Shown: one piece after another, positions 9,095-19,201 of the stretch
Numbering within the stretch: position 1 is the stretch's first letter
Layout of the letters: every line of letters starts with the position of its first letter
Source: an uncultured Actinomycetota bacterium
GTDB lineage: Bacteria > Actinomycetota > Humimicrobiia > Humimicrobiales > Humimicrobiaceae
Length of the DNA: 37,305 nucleotides
Reading direction: 5' to 3'
Assembly (NCBI GenBank): GCA_964424685.1
Contig: CAYRJH010000002.1
Coordinates: forward strand, 32,263 to 69,567
The notes under the pieces: model-generated
What the model was told of the DNA's origin: nothing
What the model saw: the letters and a program-made list of their open reading frames with translations, nothing else
Database searches by the model: none
Translations under genes and position numbers: made by a program

Positions 9095-10261
9095 ATGATA
9101 AAAAAATACATAATGACTCCCGGTCCTACGCCTATTTCAGAGGAAGTGCTGCTGGAGCATGCAAGACCCCTTATGCACCATAGATCTCCAGAGTTCTCAA
9201 AGATATTTATAGAAGTAACTGAAAAATTAAAAAAATTATTTAAAACTGAAAATGATGTGTTTATACTGACCTCATCGGGAACGGGTGCAATGGAAGCGAG
9301 TGTCGTTAATTTCTTTTCCGTAGGGGATAAGGTGCTGATAGCGAATATCGGAAACTTTGGGGAAAGATTCAAGAAAATCAGCACAAAGTTTGGATTGGAG
9401 GTTATCTCCCTTGATTATGAGTGGGGAGACTCTGCTGATCCCGATGATATTAAAAAAGCCCTGGATGACAATGCAGATATCAAGGGAGTCATGGTTCAGT
9501 TCAGTGAAACATCAACAGGTGCAATAAATGACATTAAAGAAATAGGAAGTATTGTAAAAAATTATCCTGCTATTTTGATAGTGGATGCTATAAGCGGTCT
9601 TGGAGCATCGGATCTTGAGACTGATGAATGGGGGCTTGATGTTGTAATAGGTGGTTCACAGAAAGCATTGAGCGCTCCTACAGGCGCTGCGTTTATAAGT
9701 GTCAGTGAAAAAGCCTGGAAACTTAATGAAAAGTCGAATGTCCCAAGGTTTTATTTTGATCTGGCAGCTGCAAGAAGTTATTCACAGAAAACACCGCCGC
9801 AGACACCCTGGACACCGGGGATATCAATAATAGTAGCCATGAATAAAGCTCTGGATATATTATTTGAGGAGGGACTGGAAAAAGTATTTGACAGGCACAG
9901 GATAATGGCGCTGTCCGCGCAAAAAGCAATAGAAAAATTGGGTCTTGAGCCCCTGGTTAAGGATAAAAACAAAAGAGGATTTTCTGTAACTTCCATTGTA
10001 GTTCCTGACGGAATGGATGCCAAAGAGATTACAAAAACAATGAGGGTAAAATACGGGGTGACTATTGCCGGAGGGCAGGGTAAGCTTGCCGGTAAGATCA
10101 TAAGGATAGGACATCTGGGGTATTTTGGAATATTTGATATTATTATTGCAATATCTGCACTGGAGATAACACTCAAGGAACTTGGATATGAATTTGAGAT
10201 AGGTTCCGGTATTGCGGAAGCAGAAAAGATTTTTATAGAAAATAATTATTTAAATCCCTGA
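9095..10261 (+). CDS. Class-V PLP aminotransferase (serine-pyruvate / phosphoserine aminotransferase type)
   Basis: The 388-aa ORF has the MTPGPTP N-terminus, SGTGAMEA, and the PLP-lysine context GGSQKALSAPTG. Its position directly upstream of serA suggests a phosphoserine aminotransferase role. That role is an inference. Confidence 0.75.
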   Translation: MIKKYIMTPGPTPISEEVLLEHARPLMHHRSPEFSKIFIEVTEKLKKLFKTENDVFILTSSGTGAMEASVVNFFSVGDKVLIANIGNFGERFKKISTKFGLEVISLDYEWGDSADPDDIKKALDDNADIKGVMVQFSETSTGAINDIKEIGSIVKNYPAILIVDAISGLGASDLETDEWGLDVVIGGSQKALSAPTGAAFISVSEKAWKLNEKSNVPRFYFDLAAARSYSQKTPPQTPWTPGISIIVAMNKALDILFEEGLEKVFDRHRIMALSAQKAIEKLGLEPLVKDKNKRGFSVTSIVVPDGMDAKEITKTMRVKYGVTIAGGQGKLAGKIIRIGHLGYFGIFDIIIAISALEITLKELGYEFEIGSGIAEAEKIFIENNYLNP

Positions 10262-10409
10262 CGTACTGTTAGAAAGAGAGTGTCTGGATTTTGGAAAATA
10301 TTGATAAGAAATTAGCAGGTACCGATGGGAAATAAAATATATAATTGATATAGTTTTATTATTTAATAATTATGAATAAGATATATATGGAATTAACAGG
10401 TGGTAAAAT

Positions 10410-11999
10410 ATGAATAAAAAAGTAATAATAACTGATGGTATTTCGGCTGAAGCAAAGAAAAAACTTGAAGAGCATTTTATTGTAGAGGAGAAGAAAGGAC
10501 TGACACCGGAAAAGCTTAAAGAAGAGATTAAAGGTTTTAATGCTATAATTATCAGAAGCGCCACAAAACTTACCGCTGATATTATTGAGGCTTCGAATAA
10601 GCTGGAAATTATCGGAAGAGCAGGTATAGGAGTTGACAATATCGATATTCCAGCGGCAACTAAAAAGGGCATTATTGTTGTTAATGCACCAACCAGTAAT
10701 GCCGTTACTGTTGCTGAGCATACCATTGCTTTGATGCTTTCACTTGCAAGAAAAATTCCAGAAGCAAATTTCACTCTAAAAAGCGGGAAGTGGGAGAAAT
10801 CAAAATTTAAAGGCATTGAGCTTGAGGGCAAAACGCTTGGAATAGTCGGGTTTGGACAAATAGGGGGCCTGGTTGCAAAAAAAGCTATAGGGCTGGGCAT
10901 GAAAGTAATTGCTTATGACCCGTTTGTATCAGAAGATAGATTCAGACAGCTTGAGATAAAAAAAGCCGGCAAGTTGGAAGATATTTATAGTGAAGCTGAT
11001 TTTATTAGTATTCATCTTCCAAAAAACAAAGATACTCTTGGAATGTTTAATAAGGCTGAGTTCTACAAGATGAAAAAAGGAACAATAATATTAAATGTTG
11101 CAAGGGGAGGAATTATTATTGAGAAAGATCTTGCTGAAGCTATAGAGGGGGGGCAGATAGGCGGAGCGGCGCTTGATGTCTATGAAACGGAACCATGCAT
11201 AGATTCCCCTGTTTTTAAATTGAACGAAGTGATTTGTACGCCTCATCTGGGCGCATCGACCACAGAAGCACAGGATAGAGCAGGAATTATAATTGCGGAC
11301 CAGGTTATAGACGTTCTTAACGGGAAAACTGCGGCTTTTCCGGTTAATGCGCCTGCTGTAAGGCCTGAACTTATGAGTATACTTTCGCCTTTCTTTGAAT
11401 TGTGTGAAAATCTCGGAAGCCTTTTTATAAATTTATTTGAGGGTAACCTCGATAGCTTAAAAGTAGGCTATTACGGTAAGATATCGGATTATGATGTTAG
11501 AATTCTAACATCAATGATACTGGTAAAAATACTGGAAAAATACTCGGCAGAAACTGTTAACCTGGTAAATGTAGACCTTTTGACCAGAGAAATGGGTCTT
11601 AAGGTAAAGGAAGTAAAAAGCAGCCAGTCAAAGGATTTTATAAATTTAATTACACTGGAGGGAAAAGGTAAAGATGGGGAATTTTCTATTTCAGGGACTA
11701 CTACAGGTAAAAAAGACACACCCCGGTTTATAGCCATTGATAAATTTGAAATAGATATGGTTCCTTCTAAATATATGGCGTTTATAAGATATGAGGATAT
11801 TCCCGGGCAGATTGGAAAGATAGGAACTGCTTTTGGCAAACTGAATGTAAATATTGCCTCAATGCATGTAGGCAGGAAGAAACTGAGCGGGGACGCAGTA
11901 ATGGGATTAAACCTGGATAACGAAGTAACTCCCGAAATGCTTGAGGAATTCAAGAAGTCATCAGGTTTTAAAAATATAAAGATAGTCAATCTTTATTAA
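10410..11999 (+). CDS. serA: D-3-phosphoglycerate dehydrogenase (long form with C-terminal ACT domain)
   Basis: The 529-aa ORF has GRAGIGVDNIDI, an NAD-binding GIVGFGQIGG and TPHLGAST. The C-terminal regulatory domain includes IPGQIGKIGTAFG. An AGGTGG RBS is present. Confidence 0.9.
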   Translation: MNKKVIITDGISAEAKKKLEEHFIVEEKKGLTPEKLKEEIKGFNAIIIRSATKLTADIIEASNKLEIIGRAGIGVDNIDIPAATKKGIIVVNAPTSNAVTVAEHTIALMLSLARKIPEANFTLKSGKWEKSKFKGIELEGKTLGIVGFGQIGGLVAKKAIGLGMKVIAYDPFVSEDRFRQLEIKKAGKLEDIYSEADFISIHLPKNKDTLGMFNKAEFYKMKKGTIILNVARGGIIIEKDLAEAIEGGQIGGAALDVYETEPCIDSPVFKLNEVICTPHLGASTTEAQDRAGIIIADQVIDVLNGKTAAFPVNAPAVRPELMSILSPFFELCENLGSLFINLFEGNLDSLKVGYYGKISDYDVRILTSMILVKILEKYSAETVNLVNVDLLTREMGLKVKEVKSSQSKDFINLITLEGKGKDGEFSISGTTTGKKDTPRFIAIDKFEIDMVPSKYMAFIRYEDIPGQIGKIGTAFGKLNVNIASMHVGRKKLSGDAVMGLNLDNEVTPEMLEEFKKSSGFKNIKIVNLY

Positions 12000-12127
12000 T
12001 TAGAAAAAGTAAAAGTTTTTAAAAATGCATTTTAATAAGGTATTATAAAAAGTTTTTTAATATTAAAAAAGATAACAGGGTAATTTAGTAATTTAAATAA
12101 AATAGAGCAAGAAGGTAAGTTAGCACT

Positions 12128-13648
12128 ATGGAGGATAAGAAAGAAAAAATTTATATATTTGATACAACACTGCGTGATGGTGAGCAGGCTCCCGGTATTC
12201 ACCTGAATACAAAGGAAAAATTGGAAATTGCCCGGCAGCTTGCAAAGTTAAATGTTGATATAATAGAAGCTGGCTTCCCAATATCATCCAAAAGTGACTT
12301 TAATTCTGTAAAGGAATTATCAAAAAAAATTAAAAACAGGAAAATAGCAGCTCTGGCAAGAGCAAATTTTAAGGATATAGAAATAGCCGGGGAAGCTCTT
12401 AAAGAAGCAGAACAGCCGGTAATTCATACTTTTATCTCTTCATCGGATATTCATCTTAAATATCAGTTAAAAAAAAGCAGGGAAGAAGTAATGGAGCTGG
12501 CAGGAGAAGCGGTAAAAAGAAGCCTTAAATATACTGATACGGTTGAATTTTCGGCTATGGATGCAACTAGAAGCGACCCTGTATTTCTGTGCAGGTTATT
12601 TGAGGTCGCCATTAAAAACGGAGCTAAAATTATAAATGTTCCGGATACGGTAGGATATACCATTCCGGATGAGTTCGGTAGAATGATTGAGTATATTTTT
12701 GAAAATACAGCAGGAATCGGAAATGTAATAGTAAGCGTTCACTGTCATAACGATCTCGGCCTGGCCGTTGCAAATTCACTCATGGCTGTAAAGTATGGTG
12801 CAAGACAGGTAGAATGTGCGGTAAATGGTCTTGGCGAGAGAGCCGGCAATGCATCGCTTGAAGAGATTGTAATGATTATAGATACCCGTAAAAAAGACCT
12901 TGGAGTATATACCGATATTAATATAAGTGAAATTACAAGGACAAGCAGTATCGTGAAATCATTAACGGGCTATGTTGTTGCGCCCAATAAAGCGATAGTG
13001 GGTAAAAATGCATTCAGTCATGAAGCCGGGATACATCAGGACGGGATGCTGAAAGACAGGTCAACCTATGAAATAATCAAGCCCGAAGATATTGGACTCA
13101 AATCATCAAAACTGGTAATGGGCAAACATTCGGGGAGGCATGCATTTGCAGAGAGGCTAACAGAGCTTGGCATACATCTGGCAGAAGATGATATGGAAAA
13201 GGCTTTCGAAAGATTTAAAGACCTTGCCGAAAAAAAAGGAGCTATAAATGATGAAGACATCAGGGCAATAGCGGAAAATGAAATGCGTGAAGTCACGGAA
13301 CATTTTTCACTTAAATATTACAGGGTCCAGAGCGGTTCGGATATAAGTGCGACTTCTACAATAGGGATAGAAATAAATGGGAAGGTGCATGAAGATTCTT
13401 CAGAAGGGGATGGTCCCGTAGACGCTTCATTTAAAGCAATTGATAAGATAGTAAAAATAAATGCAAAGTTAATTGAATATAACATAGAGGCCGTGTCCGG
13501 CGGTAAAGATGCGCTGGGGTCGGTTAAAGTGGTGGTGAGCACCAATGGCATAGAAGTAATGGGCAGCGGCATAAGTACGGATATAGTCGAAGCAAGCATA
13601 AAGGCATATATTGATGCAATGAATAGAATTATAGAAAATGAAGGATAA
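12128..13648 (+). CDS. leuA: 2-isopropylmalate synthase
   Basis: The 506-aa ORF has [28 protein letters not shown] and HEAGIHQDG, plus a C-terminal LeuA dimer/regulatory domain. Confidence 0.9.
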   Translation: MEDKKEKIYIFDTTLRDGEQAPGIHLNTKEKLEIARQLAKLNVDIIEAGFPISSKSDFNSVKELSKKIKNRKIAALARANFKDIEIAGEALKEAEQPVIHTFISSSDIHLKYQLKKSREEVMELAGEAVKRSLKYTDTVEFSAMDATRSDPVFLCRLFEVAIKNGAKIINVPDTVGYTIPDEFGRMIEYIFENTAGIGNVIVSVHCHNDLGLAVANSLMAVKYGARQVECAVNGLGERAGNASLEEIVMIIDTRKKDLGVYTDINISEITRTSSIVKSLTGYVVAPNKAIVGKNAFSHEAGIHQDGMLKDRSTYEIIKPEDIGLKSSKLVMGKHSGRHAFAERLTELGIHLAEDDMEKAFERFKDLAEKKGAINDEDIRAIAENEMREVTEHFSLKYYRVQSGSDISATSTIGIEINGKVHEDSSEGDGPVDASFKAIDKIVKINAKLIEYNIEAVSGGKDALGSVKVVVSTNGIEVMGSGISTDIVEASIKAYIDAMNRIIENEG

Positions 13649-13677
13649 TTTTTAACCGGAGAGGAAATTTTAAAAAA

Positions 13678-14955
13678 GTGGACAGTAAAAACAAACCACA
13701 AACTATTGCACAGAAAATACTTGCATACCACTGCAGCAGAGACCATGTTTCAGAGGGTGAAATAATAAATGCAAATGTTGATATTGTGCTTGGGAATGAT
13801 ATTACACTTCCTTTAGCTATTGGAGAGTTTGATAAAATCAGTACGGGTAAAGTTTTTGACAGGGAAAAAGTTGTTGTAGTACCTGACCATTTTGCTCCAA
13901 ATAAGGACATAAAATCTGCCTGGCAGTGCAAGTTTATCAGGGAATTTGCACGGGAGCAGAATATTAAAAATTATTTTGAAGTAGGGAAAATGGGTATTGA
14001 ACATGCACTGCTTCCTGAGCTGGGGCTTGTACTGCCCGGAAACCTTGTGGCTGGAGCAGATTCCCATACCTGTACTTACGGTGCCCTAAACGCTGCATCA
14101 ACAGGAGTCGGAAGTACGGATGTGGCTGTTGCAATGGCTACAGGAAAATTATGGTTTATGGTTCCGCGAACTATTAAGTTTGTTTACAGCGGAGATTTGA
14201 AACAGTGGATAACAGGCAAGGACCTGATATTGTATACCATTGGCCTGATAGGTGTGGATGGCGCACTTTACAAATCCATGGAATTCAGCGGTCCTGCCGT
14301 AAGCAAACTATCTATGGATTCAAGATTTACAATGTCCAATATGGCTATAGAGGCGGGTGGAAAGTTTGGAATATTTGAGTTTGATGATAAAACAGAAGAA
14401 TTTTTAAAATCAAGATCTGACGGTAATTATAAAATATTCAAAAGTGATTATGATGCAGAATATGAAAAAATATACAATATAGACTGCTCGGATATAGAAC
14501 TCCAGGTAGCAGCTCCGCATCTTCCTTCAAACGCCAGAAACGCGAGGGATTTAGCTGATATAAAAATTGACCAGGTAGTAATAGGTTCCTGTACGAACGG
14601 AAGGATCGAAGACCTTAAGATTGCGGCAGAAATTTTAAAAAATAGGAAGGTTAATGATAATTTAAGAACTATAATAATTCCTGCTACCCAGAATATATAT
14701 CTCGAAGCATTAAAAAAAGGTTATATTGAAATATTTATAAATTCCGGTTGTGCCGTAAGTACTCCAACATGCGGGCCATGCCTGGGCGGACATATGGGCG
14801 TACTTGCAGAAGGAGAAAGGGCAGTGTCAACAACGAATAGAAATTTTGTAGGAAGGATGGGCCATCCGAAGAGCGAAGTGTATCTAAGCGGTCCTGCTGT
14901 TGCAGCCGCATCTGCCATAGTGGGAAGGATAGCAACACCCGGGGAGGTTATTTGA
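13678..14955 (+). CDS. leuC: 3-isopropylmalate dehydratase large subunit (short, aconitase-family type)
   Basis: The 425-aa ORF has a GTG start. Fe-S ligand contexts are ADSHTC, GSCTNGR and CGPCLGGH. Its stop overlaps the leuD start (TGATG). Confidence 0.9.
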   Translation: MDSKNKPQTIAQKILAYHCSRDHVSEGEIINANVDIVLGNDITLPLAIGEFDKISTGKVFDREKVVVVPDHFAPNKDIKSAWQCKFIREFAREQNIKNYFEVGKMGIEHALLPELGLVLPGNLVAGADSHTCTYGALNAASTGVGSTDVAVAMATGKLWFMVPRTIKFVYSGDLKQWITGKDLILYTIGLIGVDGALYKSMEFSGPAVSKLSMDSRFTMSNMAIEAGGKFGIFEFDDKTEEFLKSRSDGNYKIFKSDYDAEYEKIYNIDCSDIELQVAAPHLPSNARNARDLADIKIDQVVIGSCTNGRIEDLKIAAEILKNRKVNDNLRTIIIPATQNIYLEALKKGYIEIFINSGCAVSTPTCGPCLGGHMGVLAEGERAVSTTNRNFVGRMGHPKSEVYLSGPAVAAASAIVGRIATPGEVI

Positions 14956-15452
14956 TGATATTAAAGGAAAAAGTAATAAAGTACGGCGATAATATTAATA
15001 CAGATGTAATAATACCGGCCAGGTACCTCAATACTATAAGCGAAAATGAACTTGCCTCACATTGCTTTGAGGATATGGACAGTGGTTTTATAGAGAAAGT
15101 AAAAGAAAGAAAAATAATAGTGGCGGGCAGTAATTTCGGCTGCGGTTCTTCCAGGGAGCATGCCCCTCTTTCAATAAAAGCGAGTGGGGTTAAAGCAGTA
15201 ATAGCGGAATCATTTGCCCGTATATTCTTCAGGAATGCAATAAATATAGGGCTTCCTGTCATAGTAAGCGATAAAGCAAGCAGTCTTATAGATGACAGGG
15301 ATGAACTTGAAATAGATTTAAGCAGCGGTGAGATTAAAGATGTTACAAAAAATAAAGTTTTCAAGGTAAAACCGCTTCCTGATTTTATCCAGGGTATAAT
15401 AAAAAGCGGTGGTTATATAAATTTTACCCGGGAGAACATAAAAAAAAATTAG
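14955..15452 (+). CDS. leuD: 3-isopropylmalate dehydratase small subunit
   Basis: The motif GSNFGCGSSREHAP is present. I chose the ATG at 14955, which is 7 nt after GGGGAGG, rather than the track's TTG at 14952. Confidence 0.9.
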   Translation: MILKEKVIKYGDNINTDVIIPARYLNTISENELASHCFEDMDSGFIEKVKERKIIVAGSNFGCGSSREHAPLSIKASGVKAVIAESFARIFFRNAINIGLPVIVSDKASSLIDDRDELEIDLSSGEIKDVTKNKVFKVKPLPDFIQGIIKSGGYINFTRENIKKN

Positions 15453-15489
15453 CTTAAGGAATAATTTAATAACATATAAAAAGAAAAAA

Positions 15490-17076
15490 ATGAGTAGTGA
15501 ATTAAAAGATAAAATATACATACTGGATACGACTTTAAGAGACGGTGCCCAGAGGGCAGATATATCTTTTTCGGTCAATGACAAGCTGCAGCTTATTGAA
15601 AGATTTGATGATATCGGTATTGATTATATTGAAGCAGGGTTCCCTGCTTCAAATCCAAAGGAGATGGAACTATTTGAAAAGCTGAAGGAAAGGAAGTTCC
15701 AGTATTCTAAAATAGTTGCATTTGGGATGACAAGGTATAAAAACGTTAAGGTAGAGGATGATAGTAATATAAAACAGTTGATCCAGTCCGGAGTGGATGC
15801 CGTATGTATCGTGGGTAAAGCTTCTTCGCTCCATACCCTGAAAGTGATTGAAACAACCCTTGAGAATAATCTGGATATGATTTCAAGTTCTATAGAATAT
15901 TTAAAAAAATATTTTCCCGAAGTTATTTTTGATGCGGAGCATTTTTTTGACGGCTTCAAAGAAAATCCGGAATATGTGCTGGAGACATTAAGAGTAGCGA
16001 TGGAGGCGGGAGCAGATTATCTATGTCTCTGCGATACGAACGGGGGCATGCTTCCTGATGATGTCATAGATATAATAGATAAAGTTAAGAGGAAAATGAA
16101 GGCTACTCTTGGAGTGCATTTTCATAATGACAGCGGCTGTGCTGTTGCCAATACTGTAATAGCTGTAAAAAAAGGCATAAAGATGGTACACGGGACGATA
16201 AACGGTTATGGAGAAAGATGCGGTAACGCAGATCTGTGCCAGATAATTCCCAACCTGGAAATAAAATTAAAGAAAAGCTGCCTGAAGGAAGACAGTTTAA
16301 AACATTTGACCAATCTTTCAAGATTTGTGAGTGAGACTGCAAATCAAATTACTAATCCCGGGCAGCCCTTTGTAGGACGGAATGCATTCAGCCATAAGAG
16401 CGGTCTGCATGTAAGCGGTATAAGCAAATTGTCAACGGCATTTGAGCATGTCAGTCCCGAGACTGTCGGTAATACAAGAGAAATACTTATATCCGAGCTT
16501 TCCGGAAAGAAATCAATAATCCTGAGGGCAAAAGAATTTGGAATTAATCTTGAAAATGATTTAGAGAAGGTCAGTGAGATATTAAATAGAATTCAAAATC
16601 TGGAGCATAAGGGTTATCAGTTTGAAGCTGCTGATGGAAGTTTTGAACTGCTGGTTAAGGAAGTTGCAGGAATAAAAAAGAAATTTTTTAAACTGGAAAG
16701 CTTCAGGGTATTAAATGAGAAGAAGGAAAACGGCAGCATGATGTCCGAAGCTACGGTAAAAGTGCAGATAAACGGAAGCAGGATAATCGAAACAGCAGAA
16801 GGCAACGGTCCTGTTAATGCTCTGGATAGAGCTTTAAGAAAGGCGATTCAGAGCTGTTATCCTGCGCTGTCAAAAATAACCCTTACAGACTTTAAAGTCA
16901 GGGTACTGAATGAGAAGAGGGGTACCGAAGCGGTAGTAAGGGTTTTGATTGAATCGTCGGACGGCAAGAAGAGCTGGGGTACCATAGGAGTTTCAGAGAA
17001 TATAATCGAAGCCAGCTGGCAGGCTCTGGAAGACAGCGTTATATACGGACTCATGCATGTGGAAAATAGCGAATAA
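15490..17076 (+). CDS. cimA: (R)-citramalate synthase (LeuA-family paralogue)
   Basis: The 528-aa ORF has ILDTTLRDGAQRADISFS, HFHNDSGCAVANT and HKSGLHVSG, plus a C-terminal LeuA-type regulatory domain. The overall pattern matches the citramalate-synthase branch rather than LeuA. The substrate assignment is an inference. Confidence 0.75.
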   Translation: MSSELKDKIYILDTTLRDGAQRADISFSVNDKLQLIERFDDIGIDYIEAGFPASNPKEMELFEKLKERKFQYSKIVAFGMTRYKNVKVEDDSNIKQLIQSGVDAVCIVGKASSLHTLKVIETTLENNLDMISSSIEYLKKYFPEVIFDAEHFFDGFKENPEYVLETLRVAMEAGADYLCLCDTNGGMLPDDVIDIIDKVKRKMKATLGVHFHNDSGCAVANTVIAVKKGIKMVHGTINGYGERCGNADLCQIIPNLEIKLKKSCLKEDSLKHLTNLSRFVSETANQITNPGQPFVGRNAFSHKSGLHVSGISKLSTAFEHVSPETVGNTREILISELSGKKSIILRAKEFGINLENDLEKVSEILNRIQNLEHKGYQFEAADGSFELLVKEVAGIKKKFFKLESFRVLNEKKENGSMMSEATVKVQINGSRIIETAEGNGPVNALDRALRKAIQSCYPALSKITLTDFKVRVLNEKRGTEAVVRVLIESSDGKKSWGTIGVSENIIEASWQALEDSVIYGLMHVENSE

Positions 17077-17196
17077 GACTTTGAACGGATAAAATAACCC
17101 CTGCCAGAAAATAACCTGTTATCCGTAATAATAAATTTAAGAAGTGAAAACCATAAGGTATATCTATACAAGTTATAACAAAAAAGGAACCCTATT

Positions 17197-17613
17197 ATGG
17201 TATATGGTAAAAAGATAACTCTGTCCACAGAAGGATTTTCAGATATCAGGGATATTACAAGTGATGTGAAAAGTATTGTTTTAAAATCCGGCATAAAGGA
17301 TGGGCTTGTAAATATTTCTGTAATTGGTTCCACCGCATCAATTTCAACCATAGAATATGAGCCCGCTCTTGTTGAAGATGTACGCGACCAGCTGGAGGAG
17401 TTTGTCCCGAGCACCAGGCATACGCGGCACTCTCAGACATGGGGGGATGATAATGGATTCTCTCACATAAGGGCCACACTTATGGGTCCCGGAATTACCG
17501 TGCCGGTTTCAGCCGGTGGGTTAGTTTTAGGTACATGGCAGCAGATAGTTGTTATAGACCATGATAACAGGCCCCGCTCACGGGAAATATTTATACAGGT
17601 TATGGGAGAATAG
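17197..17613 (+). CDS. yjbQ: YjbQ/UPF0047 family protein (annotated in databases as secondary thiamine-phosphate synthase)
   Basis: The 138-aa ORF has the family signature NGFSHIRATLMGPGITVPVSAGGLVLGTWQQIVVIDHD. An AAGGA RBS is present. Confidence 0.8.
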   Translation: MVYGKKITLSTEGFSDIRDITSDVKSIVLKSGIKDGLVNISVIGSTASISTIEYEPALVEDVRDQLEEFVPSTRHTRHSQTWGDDNGFSHIRATLMGPGITVPVSAGGLVLGTWQQIVVIDHDNRPRSREIFIQVMGE

Positions 17614-17691
17614 CGGGAGTTTATATAAATATTATTATAATTTTATAATAATACGCTAAATAATAATTTAAAAAAGGCGATAGGAGTATCA

Positions 17692-18918
17692 ATGCTAACA
17701 GAAGATTTTGCCCGGAGAGTTCTAAAGGTTGAGGAAAGCCCTACGTTTGCACTGGAAAAAAAAGTGGATGAGCTTGATATTAAATTAAAACAGGAAGGCA
17801 GATCAGTAATAAGATTCGGTATCGGACAGCCTGATTTTAATACTCCTGAAAATATAAAGGATGCAGGCAAGAAAGCGATTGATGAGAATAAAACAAAATA
17901 TACTGCAAGTACCGGCATAAAGGAACTTAAAAGTGCAATCGTAGAAAAGTTTAAAAGAGACAATAATATTGATTATGAAACCTCTAATATTCTTGTCGGT
18001 AATGGTGCAAAGCATGTGCTGGATGATATTATGAGGGTTTTTGTCGGTCCCGGAGATAAAGTCATAATCCCAAAACCTTTCTGGGTAAGTTATGGCCAGC
18101 AGGTCATACTTTCCGAAGGAATTCCTGAATTTGTAGATTTTAGAGATGATTTAAAAATGGATATGGAGCATTTTGATCATGTTGTTTCAAAATCAGCCAG
18201 GGGTAAAGCTAGCGGAATCGGAAGTGGAAGAGCAAAGCTATTTATCTTAAACAGCCCCAGTAATCCAACAGGGATAGTCTATTCAAAAGCAGAACTTGAA
18301 GAGATTGGTAAAATCTGCCTTGAAAATAATATTTATATTATTGCCGATGAAGTTTATGAGAAGTTTTTGTATGGCAGTGCAGAGCACTACAGTATTGCAT
18401 CATTTAATGAAGAGTTAAAATCCATAACTATTACTGTAAATGCTGTATCAAAGACTTATTCAATGACCGGATGGAGAATAGGGTACTGCGGCGCCGGTAG
18501 TAAAATAATAGAACAGATGACCAAGGTACAGGACCAGTCAACATCTAATCCCTGTTCAATAGCGCAGTGGGCTGCCCTTGAAGCACTTAGCGGAAATCAG
18601 GATTCTGTTGAGCTGATGAGGAAAGAATATGAGAAAAGGAGAGATTATATTTACGCAAGGATTTCTTCAATAAATAGTATGAAATGCGCCCTTCCTGAAG
18701 GTGCTTTCTATATATTCCCGAAAGTATCCGGCTTTTTTAGAGGAAGGATAAAAAATTCGTTTGATTTTGCTGGTTTACTGCTGGAAGAGGCGAATGTTGC
18801 CGTAGTCCCCGGAGGAGCTTTCGGAGCAGATGAATATATAAGGATTAGCTACGCCACATCAATTCAAAATATTGAAGAAGGGTTAAACAGGATAGAGACA
18901 TTCTGCAGTAAAAATTAA
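17692..18918 (+). CDS. Class-I PLP aminotransferase (aspartate/aromatic aminotransferase type)
   Basis: The 408-aa ORF has NSPSNPTG and the PLP-lysine context SKTYSMTGWRIGY, plus VVPGGAFG. An AGGAG RBS is present. Confidence 0.85.
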   Translation: MLTEDFARRVLKVEESPTFALEKKVDELDIKLKQEGRSVIRFGIGQPDFNTPENIKDAGKKAIDENKTKYTASTGIKELKSAIVEKFKRDNNIDYETSNILVGNGAKHVLDDIMRVFVGPGDKVIIPKPFWVSYGQQVILSEGIPEFVDFRDDLKMDMEHFDHVVSKSARGKASGIGSGRAKLFILNSPSNPTGIVYSKAELEEIGKICLENNIYIIADEVYEKFLYGSAEHYSIASFNEELKSITITVNAVSKTYSMTGWRIGYCGAGSKIIEQMTKVQDQSTSNPCSIAQWAALEALSGNQDSVELMRKEYEKRRDYIYARISSINSMKCALPEGAFYIFPKVSGFFRGRIKNSFDFAGLLLEEANVAVVPGGAFGADEYIRISYATSIQNIEEGLNRIETFCSKN

Positions 18919-19085
18919 AGCCCATGATACTTTTGAATTAATGAAATGAAAATAAAAAAAATAATCCCCTGAATCTGGATTTAAAACTAAATACGGAAAA
19001 TATAAAGGATTTCATCATTTTTATTTTTAAAAATTACTTTTTTTAATTGCTTATTATATATATTTTTAATAGAATATTTTGAAGT

Positions 19086-19109
19086 GTCCTGAGGCTGTAG
19101 GACCTTTTT
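19086..19109 (+). terminator. Weak hairpin plus T-run downstream of the aminotransferase gene
   Basis: GTCCT (19086-19090) pairs with AGGAC (19099-19103), followed by CTTTTT. The stem is only 5 bp. Confidence 0.3.
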
Positions 19110-19114
19110 AAAGC

Positions 19115-19138
19115 ATATGTAATTTAAGTATATGTAAT
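19115..19138. repeat. Two copies of ATATGTAAT spaced 15 bp apart, upstream of hppA
   Basis: Read directly: 19115-19123 and 19130-19138 are identical. A related TAATTTA(A/C)(G/A)TA pair sits at 19120-19130 and 19149-19159. A TTAAGT, 17-nt spacer, TATAAT promoter-like arrangement (19124-19152) overlaps them. Confidence 0.6.
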
Positions 19139-19201
19139 GTACATAATATAATTTACATAAAAATATAAATTTATTTATTTTTTTAAAAGAGGAGGTATTT
19201 T

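Noticed and set aside
10370-10900. 176-aa minus-strand ORF overlapping the serA start. Similar antisense ORFs lie at 10359-10721, 11489-11989, 13318-13746 and 14948-15364.
   Set aside because: All are antisense to strongly motif-supported + strand genes. Their Ser/Ile/Phe/Leu-rich, low-complexity translations are typical of the reverse frame of AT-rich coding DNA.
12128-17076. Two LeuA-family genes flanking leuCD, considered as a duplication or pseudogene
   Set aside because: Both are full-length with intact catalytic motifs, and they differ throughout. The second fits the citramalate-synthase type, so they are functional paralogues, not a decayed copy.
17088-17129. Hairpin ACGGATAA ... TTATCCGT after cimA, considered as a terminator
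   Set aside because: The 8-bp stem has a 26-nt loop and no following T-run, so the evidence is insufficient.
16857-17414. 185-aa minus-strand ORF spanning the cimA 3' end, the spacer and the yjbQ 5' end
   Set aside because: It overlaps two well-supported + strand genes and has no motifs. It is most likely a chance open frame.
17631-17652. 10-bp inverted repeat, ATTATTATAA-TT-TTATAATAAT, upstream of the class-I aminotransferase
   Set aside because: It is composed only of A/T in a very AT-rich spacer and contains a TATAAT hexamer. It is more simply explained as promoter or low-complexity sequence than as a specific operator, and this cannot be decided without comparative data.
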